Positions 41,273 to 52,009 are shown, counted from the first letter of the stretch. The stretch: 64,000 nt of DNA from an uncultured delta proteobacterium (GCA_963790475.1 CAWBOS010000012.1:1312001-1376000), one strand, 5' to 3'. Notes: generated by a model from the sequence alone, not told the origin. A program made the numbers and translations.

Positions 41273-42396
41273 GACTTATCTCGGTTCTCAGCCGGTCTTC
41301 TTCCTAAGGGTTTAAGGGCGGGAAACTGAAGAATAAAGGTCGTTCCTGATCCCACCCGGCTATTGACCTGAATTTGTCCCTGGTAATCCCGGATGATCCC
41401 ATAGCTGATGGACAGACCCAGGCCCGTTCCTTGGCCGACCCCTTTGGTGGAATAAAAAGGTTCGAATATTTTTTCCTGGTTCTCTTTAGGAATTCCGCAC
41501 CCGTTATCCGTAAAATCTATTTTTACCCAACCATTTTCAAAAAAGGATCGAATCCGGATGATTTTTTCGGTGATATCCGGCTCCTCCAGGGCATCCCGGG
41601 CATTCATGGCCAGATTAATAAAAACCTGTTCCAGCCGGTTCAGGTCCCCGAGGATTGGGGGAAGGTCCGGGTCCAAATCAATAATGAATTTTATTTTTCG
41701 GAGTTCGATCTGTCTGCCTATGACGGTTAACATACCACTGATGGCTTCATTGACTTGAACCGCTGTTTTGTGGATTTCCGTTTTTCTGCCGAATTCCCTC
41801 ATATGGTTGATAATGCCTGAAGCCCGGTCAACTTGGGAATCAATCTCTTCGGCCAGGGTCTTGAGGGTTTCTTGTGGGATAGGCTGATTGTTTCTTAACT
41901 TTCTTAAGATAAAATTACTGCCGGTTTTGATTACGGTGAGGGGCTGATTCAACTCATGGGCCACTCCGGCCGACATTTCCCCCAGAGTGGCCATTTTACT
42001 GGCATGAGCCAATTGTTGTTCGTCTTGGATTTGTTCGGTGATATCATTGGTTATTATAATATAAATCAACTTATCCCCATAGACCCCGGGTGAACAACGT
42101 AAGTTTACGTAAAAGATGGAACCTTTCTTGTTTTTTTGTTTTAATTTTCCCAGAAATGTTTTTTTCTCTCTAAAAACCCGGAGAAGAACCTCCCGGAAAT
42201 CTTCAGAAACCAGATCAAAAAAGGGCTTCCCCATCAAATCGATTTTTTGATATCCGTAGAGTTTCAGGGCCATGATATTGGCATCCCAAATATGAAAAGA
42301 GAGTTGATCGACTATAAGAATAGGGCTGGGATTGCTGTTAAACAGCAGTCGGTAGGTTTCCTCCGGTTTTATCAGTTCTTCTTCCGGCATTTTCAT
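41269..42396 (-). CDS. PAS histidine kinase
   Basis: AHELNQP, NARDA, FEPFYSTK; likely start MKMPEE. Confidence 0.9.
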   Translation of the reverse strand: MKMPEEELIKPEETYRLLFNSNPSPILIVDQLSFHIWDANIMALKLYGYQKIDLMGKPFFDLVSEDFREVLLRVFREKKTFLGKLKQKNKKGSIFYVNLRCSPGVYGDKLIYIIITNDITEQIQDEQQLAHASKMATLGEMSAGVAHELNQPLTVIKTGSNFILRKLRNNQPIPQETLKTLAEEIDSQVDRASGIINHMREFGRKTEIHKTAVQVNEAISGMLTVIGRQIELRKIKFIIDLDPDLPPILGDLNRLEQVFINLAMNARDALEEPDITEKIIRIRSFFENGWVKIDFTDNGCGIPKENQEKIFEPFYSTKGVGQGTGLGLSISYGIIRDYQGQIQVNSRVGSGTTFILQFPALKPLGRRPAENRDKS

Positions 42397-42456
42397 GTAA
42401 TAGCACCTGCCGATTCCATTTCTCAGTTTTTGCCGAGCCCTCGATAAGTGATAACA

Positions 42457-42496
42457 GAAGGCGGGGAGACCCCTCGCTGGTCCAACCCCGACCTTC
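42457..42496 (-). terminator. Stem-loop after the hdrA-like fusion gene
   Basis: gaaggcggggagacc..ggtccaaccccgaccttc inverted repeat; weak U-tract. Confidence 0.5.
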
Positions 42497-42514
42497 TTGG
42501 CAAAGCACTTTTTC

Positions 42515-44948
42515 CTACGCCCGCATGATGTACTGGGCCACACCGTTTCGATGAACCCGGGTGACCATGCCCTCATTGACCATTTCCTGCAAACCGTGAA
42601 TCATGCTGTCTTTTTCCCATTTGAGGGTATCCATTAATTCCTTAAGTTCAAAGTAGCGTTTGTCGGCACTCAGGATATTTTTCAAGCGGGATTTGGTAAA
42701 TTCTTCCTTCAGGATTCCCAGAAAGTCCTTGTCAAAGGCCAGGGCGTTCCGCTGATCCCCGGGATAGGTTTCTTCCCAGGGACGGCGCAGCGTAGCTCCG
42801 ACAACCCAGCGGACCCGGGCGTTATTCACTGTGGAGTAAATCCCGGCCAGTTTTTCCCGATTGGCTTCGGTTCTTTCAATCGGTCCCAGGGCATTGATCT
42901 GCTGGATAAAGCTTTCCACAGTGGCAATATAATCTTCGGGACGATTGAGGTCCGAATGGGCCAGGGCGATCCGCCTCCGGTCAAAACCGCTGAAACTAAG
43001 CAGTTTTTTAATCATGGTAACCCGGCTCCAGGTATGATCCAGCCCAAAGGAATGATGGCAGTCCTCCGGAGGACAGCCGATGAGTATCAGGCCATTGGCC
43101 CCTTCCAGAAAGGCGCGGGCCATGACTGCCGGATCCAATTGACCGATACAGCCGACCCTCAAAAGATAGAGTCGGGGATCGTATTTCAATCCTTTGACCC
43201 CGGCATTATCCGCAGCTGCCAATCCTCCCCAATTGCACCCGAAACCCATCACTTCATTTTCGGAAAGTTGTCTGGCCAGGGCGGTTACCCGGGCCTCTCG
43301 CTGGAGAGACGTGTTGTTCTGCAGGATCAGGGCATGGTAGGGGCAGGCCGCAGCGCAGGTCCCGCCGCCGGTGCAGACCATGGGGTCCACTGTTCTGGGA
43401 ATACCACCCCCCAACCCTTCCACCGGAGCGATGCCTCCGCAATGACAGATCTCCTTGCACAGTCCGCAGCCGACGCAGAGGGACTGGTCAACCGTGCAGA
43501 CCATCCGGGGGGCATACAGTTCCCCCTTTTTGTCTTTTTCCACAATCTCCGCGGTTTGTGAGGCCGCCCTCCGGCCCTGACGCAGGGCTTCATGGAGATC
43601 GCAGGGGTACCGGGCGCTTCCGGCTAGATACATGGGTTCCCGGCCGACTTGTTCAGGCCGGACCTTTTCCTGTTTTACTTCCAGGAATTTTCCTTCTTCA
43701 CAATCCAGCCCCAAGACGCGGGCCACCCGGGTCACCTCAACCCCTAAAGAGCGTTTGGGGGAAAGGATCAATTTGTCCCAGGGCAGTTCGTATTCCAGGT
43801 GATCTTTGGGATCGCAATAGGTCACAAAACCGGTCTGCACGGTGGGACGCAAGGTCCCGTCAAAGGGGATCCAACGGATTTTCAATTGGCGGCTTATGCG
43901 GCGCTCCTCAGCCGATAAAGGAACGGCCATCTGATGATTGTAAAACATGGTGATATCGACGTCCTTGCGTTTTTCAGCCATATACCGGGCCATGGACCAG
44001 GCACAACGGGAGGAAAGATAGGCAAATTCCGGGGTACCTGATTCATAATCATTGATCCAAAAGACGATTTTTCCGGAAGGGACACCATGAACCCAAATCA
44101 TCTCCTCGGTTTCGGTGTGACAGATCACCGTCTTTCCATCGTGGCCGAAACTAGTGCCCTGATTGAGCATCTGTCCATCCAGACAAGCGATAATGGCTCC
44201 CACTTCATAGGTCCTGGGGGGGCCGCCGTTTTCCTCATTGGAAAAGGTGACCGTATATTGTCCGGTCCGGCCTTTCAGACCGCTTAACTCTCCTACGGTG
44301 ATCCGACGGACAAAGGGGCTTTGGCTTACTTCCTCCATGATTTTCCGCAACCGTTCATAATAATGGCGTTCTCCCGGATAATGTTCATGAAGCATCCGGA
44401 TTTCATCTTCATATTCATCGGTCTGAACGGCAATGATGCAATCAATCTCCCGGCGCAGGAGTTCCTGGGCGGCCGCATAAGTGGCAATCCCTCCCCCGAG
44501 GATCATGACCGGACCATTAAAGGAGATCTTTTCCTGAGGAGTGAGTTCCAGGGTGTCCAACCCGGCTACGGCAGCGCGGATCAGCTTGGCCCCCTTCAGC
44601 GGCCATTTCTTCGGGAGAAAGGGTATGGACCGCAGCCACATGATCGCGCAGGTTGACCATGTCCACCTGTCCCTCGAAAAACCCTTCTTTCATCATTTCC
44701 TTTTCTATTTTACCCAGGAGAATCCGGGCTTCACAACCGGCCACAACGATCCGATTGATGCCCTTTTCTTGAACGGTTTCTTTTAGGCGGGCCAATCCTG
44801 GTCCCGTGCAGGCAAAGGGAATTATTTCCGTATAATTCACCAGGGGATCTTCCTGAACCAATTGCTCCAAAGCGGCAAGATCGACTGTGGATTCAATACG
44901 GCGATCGCACTTACACAGGAAGACCCCGATGTTATTTTGAGTATTCAT
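42515..44948 (-). CDS. HdrA/QmoB-like-ferredoxin-MvhD fusion with a C-terminal wHTH-like tail; +1 frameshift near 44600
   Basis: N-terminal GVFLCKC..VAGC..VNLRD in one frame continues as KGAKLIRAAV in the next; CVGCGLC and CTGGGTC..CP; MvhD RVGCIG, GCPPEDCH. Confidence 0.82.
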
Positions 44949-44983
44949 AAAACCTCCTTCTTTCAACTTTTCAGGAATAAGGA

Positions 44984-45577
44984 TCATGATTTGGGAGTAT
45001 CAACGGATCCGCGAACCGCATCCAACCTGGCTTGCATGGCCCCGGTGGGGCAAACCGTGACACAAGAACCACAAGCCACACAGTCTTCTGATGTTTTACC
45101 AAAAGGTGTTCCAATAACCTTGTGGACCCCTCGGCCGATGGTGGTGATGGCCGATACACCCACCACTTCCCGACAGACCCGGACACATAACCCGCAAACC
45201 ATGCACTGCTCTTTAGGATTCTTGATTGTAAAACGGGAAGAAGTTACTCCATATTCGGCAGCCAGTGCCTGGATCTCTTTGCTGGCCGGACATTCGGCCA
45301 AGAGCATTTCCAATACCCAACGGCGGACATTTTTTACCCGATCACTGTCCGTTAACACCACCATCCCTTCTTTTACCGGATACATGCAGGAAATGACCAC
45401 CTTGGACCAATTCCCTTCCACTACTTCGACTACACATAATCGACAGCCGCCACTGGGCTCTACAGATTCATGATAACAGAGTGTGGGGATGTGTATCCCA
45501 TGTTCTCTGGCAGCGTCCAGAACGGTCCATTCGGGAAGAGCTTCCACTTCCTGTTCATTAATTTTAAACTTGAGCAT
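44984..45577 (-). CDS. NuoG/HydA N-terminal-like Fe-S subunit (no catalytic domain)
   Basis: IPTLCYH..GGCRLC..SC, CMVCGLCVRVC, CVACGSCVTVCP. Confidence 0.88.
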   Translation of the reverse strand: MLKFKINEQEVEALPEWTVLDAAREHGIHIPTLCYHESVEPSGGCRLCVVEVVEGNWSKVVISCMYPVKEGMVVLTDSDRVKNVRRWVLEMLLAECPASKEIQALAAEYGVTSSRFTIKNPKEQCMVCGLCVRVCREVVGVSAITTIGRGVHKVIGTPFGKTSEDCVACGSCVTVCPTGAMQARLDAVRGSVDTPKS

Positions 45578-45616
45578 ATTTCAAACCTCCTCTATTATAA
45601 AAGCCTGCCGATGGGA

Positions 45617-47479
45617 TCAAAAGACCTGCACGGCTTCAAATTTACAGGAATCCATACAAACACCGCAACGGATACATTTTTCGGCTTCGATCTGATGGGG
45701 TTTTTTCCTTTCACCGCTGATACATTTTTGGGGACAATTCCGGGCGCAAAGCATACAGCCGGTGCATTTTTCGGGATCGATTTGAAAGGTAATCAAATCC
45801 TTACATACACCAGCCGGACATTTTTTGTCGACAATATGGGAAACATATTCATCGCGAAAATACCGGATGGTGGTTAGAACCGGATTAGGAGCACTTCCTC
45901 CTAAGGCACATAAAGAACCGTCTTGAATGGCTTTGGCCAGACTTTCCAATTCATCGATATCCTCTAGACATCCCTCACCCCTGGAAAATCTTTCTAAAAA
46001 TTCAAGCATCCCTTTTAATCCCAATCGGCAGGGGAGACATTTGCCACAGGATTCATCTTCTAAAAACTTTAGAAAGTAACGGGCGATATCGACCACGCAA
46101 TCCTTATCGTCCATGACGATCATCCCCCCCGAGCCCATCATGGAACCAACTTTTGTTAGAGAATCAAAATCGACGGCCACATCTTTTAAGGAGTAAGGTA
46201 TGCATCCTCCCGATGGTCCCCCTGTTTGGACGGCTTTAAATTGATCCTTGCCTGGAATTCCTCCTCCGATATCTTCAACAATTCTTGAAAGGGGGACGCC
46301 CATGGGAACTTCGATTAAACCTACGTTTTTAACTTTCCCTACAAGTGAAAAGGCTTTTGTTCCTGTGCTGCTTGATGGTCCTATTTTGGAATACCACTCG
46401 CCGCCCTTGTCAATAATTACCGGAACATTGGACCAAGTTTCCACATTATTCAACACGGTGGGCCGATTCCATAATCCCCTTTCAACCGATCTTATATATT
46501 TAGCCCGAGGTTCCCCGGCCCTACCTTCAATAGAGGTGAACAGGGCTGTAGATTCACCGCAGACAAAGGCCCCGGCCCCACGGTTTATTTGAAGGTCAAA
46601 GTCAAAATCAGTTCCTAAAATATTCTTCCCCAACAGGCCTAAACTCCTGGCCTGATCTATGGCCCTAGCCAAGTTTTTAATCGCAATAGGATATTCGGCT
46701 CGGACATAGAGAAATCCTTGATTCGCCCCTATAGCGTATGCCCCTATCAGCATACCTTCTATAACGGCATGAGGGTCCCCCTCCATGATCGCCCGATCCA
46801 TAAAAGCTCCAGGGTCTCCCTCGTCTCCATTGCAAACCACATAGGCTGCCCCAGGGTTTGTTTTAAGAGCGTTTATTGCGGAACGCCATTTACGGCCGGT
46901 TGGAAACCCGGCACCTCCCCGCCCGCGTAATCCGGAGATCTCCATTTCTTTAATGACCTGGTCCGGGGTCATACCGGTTAAAGCCTTGGCAGCAGCCTGA
47001 TAGGCCCCGTTAATCAAGGCATCTTCTAATGATAACGGATCGATCAACCCCAAATTTCTGGTGGCGATCTTCTGCTGCATTTTATAAAAGGGAATGGAAG
47101 CCGAATCTTTGAACGTTGTGCCGTTTTCGCTATACAAAAGTCTTTCAATAACTTCGCCCTTAATAAGGGTTCGTTCAACAATTTCTGCAGCATCCTCCGG
47201 TTTCACATTTATATAGAAAAGATCCGCGGGGCTTATGGTTAACAAAGGACCTACCTTGCAAAAACCGTGACATCCCGTTTCTTTCGTCACGGGTTCAATC
47301 TTAATTTCCTGCCCCTTCGCTTTACAGGCTTTTTTAAGAGCGGCCACAACCTTATCCGCCCCTTGGGCGAGGCAGCCGGGGCCTAAGCAAACCCTTAATA
47401 CCGGCTGGTTTAGATCTAAATTGGCGATGGTTTGGTCTTTCAATGACTTGAGTTGTTCAATGTTTTCTACTTTATCCAT
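45617..47479 (-). CDS. NuoF/HydB-like NADH-binding flavoprotein
   Basis: GLRGRGGAGFPTG, CNGDEGDPGAFMDR, GGPSGG, ESCGKCLPCR, C-terminal 2x[4Fe-4S]. Confidence 0.93.
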   Translation of the reverse strand: MDKVENIEQLKSLKDQTIANLDLNQPVLRVCLGPGCLAQGADKVVAALKKACKAKGQEIKIEPVTKETGCHGFCKVGPLLTISPADLFYINVKPEDAAEIVERTLIKGEVIERLLYSENGTTFKDSASIPFYKMQQKIATRNLGLIDPLSLEDALINGAYQAAAKALTGMTPDQVIKEMEISGLRGRGGAGFPTGRKWRSAINALKTNPGAAYVVCNGDEGDPGAFMDRAIMEGDPHAVIEGMLIGAYAIGANQGFLYVRAEYPIAIKNLARAIDQARSLGLLGKNILGTDFDFDLQINRGAGAFVCGESTALFTSIEGRAGEPRAKYIRSVERGLWNRPTVLNNVETWSNVPVIIDKGGEWYSKIGPSSSTGTKAFSLVGKVKNVGLIEVPMGVPLSRIVEDIGGGIPGKDQFKAVQTGGPSGGCIPYSLKDVAVDFDSLTKVGSMMGSGGMIVMDDKDCVVDIARYFLKFLEDESCGKCLPCRLGLKGMLEFLERFSRGEGCLEDIDELESLAKAIQDGSLCALGGSAPNPVLTTIRYFRDEYVSHIVDKKCPAGVCKDLITFQIDPEKCTGCMLCARNCPQKCISGERKKPHQIEAEKCIRCGVCMDSCKFEAVQVF

Positions 47480-47503
47480 TTTTTTCTCCTGTTAGGGGGC
47501 ATT

Positions 47504-47962
47504 CTATTCAAATTTCTTCAAATACCTTCTGACCGCATTTTGGGTGGCTCCCCCCAAATAATCGTCATCAACCATTACGACCGGAGCCAAGGCGCAGGCT
47601 CCCAGACAATTGACCGTTTCCAATGTGAACTTCAGGTCCGCGGTGGTGTGTCCTCGATCCACTCCCATATCTCTCTCTAAGCCTTCGGCAATACGCTCTC
47701 CTCCTTTTAAATGACAGGCTGTCCCGAGGCAAACCCTAATTTCATGCTCCCCTTTTGGTTCAAGGCTAAAAGATTTGTAAAAAGTGGCTACAGCATAGGC
47801 TTGGGTCAAGGGTACGCCTACATGGTCACAAACAAGGGTCATAGCTTCAGGGGAGATATAATTATAAGCAGCCTGGATGTCCTGCAGGAGAAAAATTAAT
47901 GATTCGGCCTTCCCCGGATGGCGTTCAATAATGTCATCAATATCTACATGTTCTTTGATCAC
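47504..47962 (-). CDS. NuoE/HydC-like [2Fe-2S] subunit
   Basis: VATFY, CLGTACH, CLGACALAP. Confidence 0.93.
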   Translation of the reverse strand: MIKEHVDIDDIIERHPGKAESLIFLLQDIQAAYNYISPEAMTLVCDHVGVPLTQAYAVATFYKSFSLEPKGEHEIRVCLGTACHLKGGERIAEGLERDMGVDRGHTTADLKFTLETVNCLGACALAPVVMVDDDYLGGATQNAVRRYLKKFE

Positions 47963-47991
47963 TGTTAGACCTCCTTAAATTTATCTTAATA

Positions 47992-49398
47992 GAGCCTTTT
48001 GCAAAACTTATAAAAACTGCATGATGAAATATATCAGCAGGCGGTTATCCCAGTCGATTTAGAAATTTTGGGTCTTTCTTAACGACGATAGTCAGATTTG
48101 AGACTTTGGTAACAATTTTCAGGCATAGTTCTCCTCCTGACCTGAACTTTTCACCCCGTTCTTTGAAAATTTACTCAGGAAGCCAACTTTATCAACTGAT
48201 CCGCAAAGAGCGCCAGGACGCCAAACATGAGATGGAGATTGACTTTCAAGGCTCCTCGGACCATGACATTCTTGGCACCGAACTCTTCTTTTAACCGGCT
48301 ATTGAACCGTTCTGATGCTGTCCTTCCATTAAATCTTCTGGCCTCGTGGGGAGCCATAGGGATCACATCCTTACCGCGGAAGTTCTTGTCGATAATGGGC
48401 ACATGTCCCAGAGCTCTGCTGATTGCATAGATAGATCCAGCGTCATAAGCGGCATCCATCAAATCATAAAGATAATCCACCTTGGAACTAGTCATCTTCA
48501 TTAACGGTATAGCGACCTGGCTGTCATGAAGCGATGCTGCGGTCAAGACGACACTCACCGGCAATCCGCAATCATTAACATCGGCATGGAGTTTATACCC
48601 GACCCAGGTCTCTTTGTACCCTTTGGAGTTCTTCTTGGTCCCTACGTCGCAGTAAACCGGCAATTCTTTTAAGGCCTCTTCAACTGATTGCTCTCGTTGC
48701 CTGGTCAAGCGTTTGTCTTCCTTGGAATCACGGAGTTCTCCCTTGACTGGACGTCCTCTCTTCTTCGGCGCAGGCTTTTCTTTTACAGGCTTCTTAGTCG
48801 GCTTTTCCCGACCTTCTATGGCCGTTGCGTCTCGGGATATATGACCAACCAGTTCCGGCTTTAAACAACGTTCCACCAGGGCTTCGTGAACTTTTTCGCC
48901 AAGCCCCCCTTCGGCAAACTCCGCAAAGGCCCTGGAAAAAGTGGCCTCAGAGGGAATGTCGGATACCTTTTCGAACCCGCAGATGCGTCTTACATTAGAC
49001 GTCGTTTTCAAATGTTCAATGGTTGATCTGGTGAAGGAATGGTTATAGACCGTCTTGGCCACAAAAGCCCGCGCTATCGCTTGGCGCTCAAGGATCTTCC
49101 TCCCCATCCACTGATTTAAAGAACTCCGGGGAACATATCTTTCAACCTCAACCAGTTCCAATATCGTCACCAGCCGTTCCTCTTTTTCAGTCAAAGGCTG
49201 TTCCCAACATTCTTCTAAATCGGAAAATAAACCTTGTTGCAATCTACCCCTTAACCATGATACTTTTTTCCAGAGCTTCATCGGTGTCTCCTGTGTTTTT
49301 TTGTGTTCTTTCTAAACATCATCTTAACACAGAACCACCGCTGAGGCTCACTCTTTATGCTTGTCTATTCCCTAAAAATAGACTTTTGCAAGAGGCTC
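47992..49398 (-). mobile_element. Complete insertion sequence (IS1182/IS5-like DDE)
   Basis: TIR GAGCCT(T/C)TTGCAAAA 14/15; 4-bp TSD AATA at 47988-47991 and 49399-49402. Confidence 0.9.
48175..49281 (-). CDS. DDE transposase
   Basis: PSEATFSR, DATAI, GYKLH, HDSQ, DAAYD, ERFNSRLK. Confidence 0.9.
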   Translation of the reverse strand: MKLWKKVSWLRGRLQQGLFSDLEECWEQPLTEKEERLVTILELVEVERYVPRSSLNQWMGRKILERQAIARAFVAKTVYNHSFTRSTIEHLKTTSNVRRICGFEKVSDIPSEATFSRAFAEFAEGGLGEKVHEALVERCLKPELVGHISRDATAIEGREKPTKKPVKEKPAPKKRGRPVKGELRDSKEDKRLTRQREQSVEEALKELPVYCDVGTKKNSKGYKETWVGYKLHADVNDCGLPVSVVLTAASLHDSQVAIPLMKMTSSKVDYLYDLMDAAYDAGSIYAISRALGHVPIIDKNFRGKDVIPMAPHEARRFNGRTASERFNSRLKEEFGAKNVMVRGALKVNLHLMFGVLALFADQLIKLAS

Positions 49399-49458
49399 AA
49401 TAGAATTCAATAATACTTTACCGAAAAACAATTTTCATCTTCTTTAAACACTATCATT

Positions 49459-49473
49459 GCAATAGAAGGGCCA
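49459..49473 (-). promoter_or_regulatory. sigma54 (-24/-12) promoter of the nuoEFG-like/hdrA operon
   Basis: TGGC-CCTTCTA-TTGC with canonical spacing; adjacent bEBP gene. Confidence 0.75.
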
Positions 49474-49535
49474 ACAAATTAACACTATGTTATTCTTTGT
49501 TTTATTTGTAGAGAGACTAGACTTTAGAATCTGCT

Positions 49536-49663
49536 TGAAACATTATTTGTTTCAGTTTATACATGAGAATATTGCTTTATTATTATTTTTTGGGGTATTT
49601 TTGATGGAAGTTATTATATTGGCATGAAATGTTTCATTGTAACATTTGAAACAAATTGAAACA
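49536..49663. promoter_or_regulatory. Putative upstream activator sites for the bEBP
   Basis: TGAAACA-N5-TGTTTCA (49536-49554) plus TGTTTCA, TGTAACA and two TGAAACA at 49630-49663. Confidence 0.6.
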
Positions 49664-49668
49664 AACAG

Positions 49669-51450
49669 CTAAATTAGTTCAAATTGCTTCATCTTGCGCC
49701 AGAGAGAAGTTCGGCTGAGACCTAAGAGGGCTGCAGCTTTTTCACGTCTTCCCCCGGTCCGGTTCAGGGCATTTTGGATGGTTTCGAGGTCGAGTTCCCT
49801 CCCTATTTCCGGTAGGTTTTCTATCTGCCGTTCCTGAAAGAATTCATCCATGGACGGGAGATTGTTAAGGAAAATGACAGGTCCTTTAACAAAGACATAA
49901 GCATGTTCCAAGACCCTTTCCAGTTCGCGCACATTGCCGGGCCAGGAATGGGTCATAAACAGCCGTAAAACCTTAGGGTCTAAGCCTCGGACCTCCTTTT
50001 TGTATTTTTTATTAAGGCGGGCCATAAAATGTTCGATCAGCAGGGGGATGTCTTCCCGGCGTTCTCGAAGAGGCGGGATGGTTATAGGCACGGTTCGAAG
50101 CCGGTAAAAGAGGTCTTCCCGAAAGGTGCTCTCTCTAAGGGCCTTGGCCAGGTCCCGGTTGGTGGCGCTGATGATCCGGGCCTGCATGTGGATCAATCGG
50201 GTCCCGCCAACCCTTTCAAAAACTCTTTGTTCTATAACTCTGAGAAGCTTCACCTGAAGTTCCGGTTTGAGTTCGCCTATCTCGTCCAGAAACAAGGTGC
50301 CGCCCCGGGCTAATTCAAAACGTCCAACCTTGGACCGAACCGCACCAGTGAAGGCTGCTTTTTCATGACCAAACAACTCCGATTCCAAGAGGGATTCAGC
50401 CAGCGCCGAGCAATTGACGGCGATGAAAGGGCCTTCCTTGTAAGGAGATTGACTATGAATAGCCCGGGCGATCAGTTCTTTCCCCGTACCGCTTTCTCCC
50501 TGGATAAGGACATTGACATCACTGGCAGCCAGGTCGGGGAGCATCTGAAATAGGCGAGTCATTGGAGCACTCTTGCCAATGATATCCGAAGGGAATGATT
50601 TGTGCGGAGAGGGTTCGAGGTTCTCATGCATTTCCATCAAAGGGCGGAAGGATTCCACAGCCCCGATGACCAGACCGCCGCGGTCCCGGACCACGCTGGT
50701 ATTGACCAGGACAGGGAGTTTGGTCCCTTTTTTGTCGAGCATCCGGACGTCCTGATCCAATCGGGTGATTCCTGTTTCCAGGGTAAGGCGTAATGGACAA
50801 TCCGACTGGCAGAGATCGGATCGGAAAATCTCCCAACAGAAACGCCCCAACACTTCGTCCTTCTGATAGCCTGTTATTTTTTCCGCGGTTTGATTAAAAG
50901 AAATAATCCGCCAGCGGGAATTAATGGTAAAAATACCCTCGGCCAATTGCTCTAATAGCGATTCGAAACCCAGGGTTGGCATTTGAGGTAATAAACCCGG
51001 ATCAGTGAAAGATCGCGGTTGAATAGCTGCGTAATCGGCATCCAAGAAGCTTACTATGACACCGATGACTTGTTTCCCCGGGCCGAAAATGGGATTGGCC
51101 GAGTAGAGGCAATTAAAAGAATTCCCCTGGGCGTCTTCGGCTCTGGCCGGCATATTTTGTGTACCATCTCCTTTTCCCAGGGCGTTATCCAGGGCGGATT
51201 GGGCTTCGGTTAAATAAGGTCCATGAAGTAGGTTTTCCAACAAAAAGTGTTCCCCGGGCATCATTTCCTGATTGAAGAGACGCCGGGCTGTTTCATTGGA
51301 ACCCATAATCCTGGATTTTCGATCCAGGACCACGGTGGCCTCTCCCGCCAGGAGGACTTGTGAACTTTCTTCCGCGCCGTTTTCTGGGTCGGATACCGGA
51401 TCATCCCTGGTTTGTTCGGAAGTGGGTTTTTTAATAATGTTGCTTTGCAT
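49669..51450 (-). CDS. PAS-PAS sigma54-dependent activator (bEBP)
   Basis: GESGTGKE, AAFTGA (GAFTGA variant), FLDEIGE, WPGNVREL, Fis-type HTH. Confidence 0.94.
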   Translation of the reverse strand: MQSNIIKKPTSEQTRDDPVSDPENGAEESSQVLLAGEATVVLDRKSRIMGSNETARRLFNQEMMPGEHFLLENLLHGPYLTEAQSALDNALGKGDGTQNMPARAEDAQGNSFNCLYSANPIFGPGKQVIGVIVSFLDADYAAIQPRSFTDPGLLPQMPTLGFESLLEQLAEGIFTINSRWRIISFNQTAEKITGYQKDEVLGRFCWEIFRSDLCQSDCPLRLTLETGITRLDQDVRMLDKKGTKLPVLVNTSVVRDRGGLVIGAVESFRPLMEMHENLEPSPHKSFPSDIIGKSAPMTRLFQMLPDLAASDVNVLIQGESGTGKELIARAIHSQSPYKEGPFIAVNCSALAESLLESELFGHEKAAFTGAVRSKVGRFELARGGTLFLDEIGELKPELQVKLLRVIEQRVFERVGGTRLIHMQARIISATNRDLAKALRESTFREDLFYRLRTVPITIPPLRERREDIPLLIEHFMARLNKKYKKEVRGLDPKVLRLFMTHSWPGNVRELERVLEHAYVFVKGPVIFLNNLPSMDEFFQERQIENLPEIGRELDLETIQNALNRTGGRREKAAALLGLSRTSLWRKMKQFELI

Positions 51451-51724
51451 TACTTTGTGTTTCCCCAAACCACTTCTCTCGCCCGCTTTCTGCGGTCGTT
51501 CGAGCGCACTGAACACACAAAGGAATCATTATTCCGTTGCGTTTGAGAAGACTGCAATGGAAGCCTCTCGGCCTGCGGTATCCAAGGGTTCAGGCTTCCC
51601 CTTCGCTGGATGTAAAATAATTCCTGCGAAAGGGGAATGAAATGGATTATTCAGAAGCGATCCCTGATGGCTTCCGATTGACTCGGTGAACTCTGTGGGT
51701 TCTGCAAGAGATACAATTCTCTAA

Positions 51725-52009
51725 TTAAGATTGCCCTTTTTTATTCGAGGATCGGCTTAAAATTCGTTTCAGTTCGTCGTCTTCCAGAAAAGAAGAGACA
51801 TTCCAACAAAAGGCCCGGAGTTCCTGACTATCCAAGCCCGGTTGCAACAATCTCAGAACTTCCTGGTACCCCCGGGTCTTCACCAGGGTTACCACTTCTT
51901 TAAGTTCAATTATCGATGCTGAATCTCCATTTTGATGGGCTCTTTCATAAGCCTTACAAAGATTATTGACTCTGGTAACCGAACAGCGTTTGCAACTTCG
52001 ATCTTCCAT
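51725..52009 (-). CDS. Small hypothetical protein
   Basis: 94-aa ORF with N-terminal CxxC; no family recognised. Confidence 0.5.
   Translation of the reverse strand: MEDRSCKRCSVTRVNNLCKAYERAHQNGDSASIIELKEVVTLVKTRGYQEVLRLLQPGLDSQELRAFCWNVSSFLEDDELKRILSRSSNKKGQS

Noticed and set aside
44590-44610. Sec read-through explaining the split hdrA-like gene
   Set aside because: The break is a frame change; the TGA here is in neither coding frame.
44984-47962. Respiratory complex I or [FeFe]-hydrogenase
   Set aside because: No other nuo genes and no H-cluster motifs; only the diaphorase module is present.
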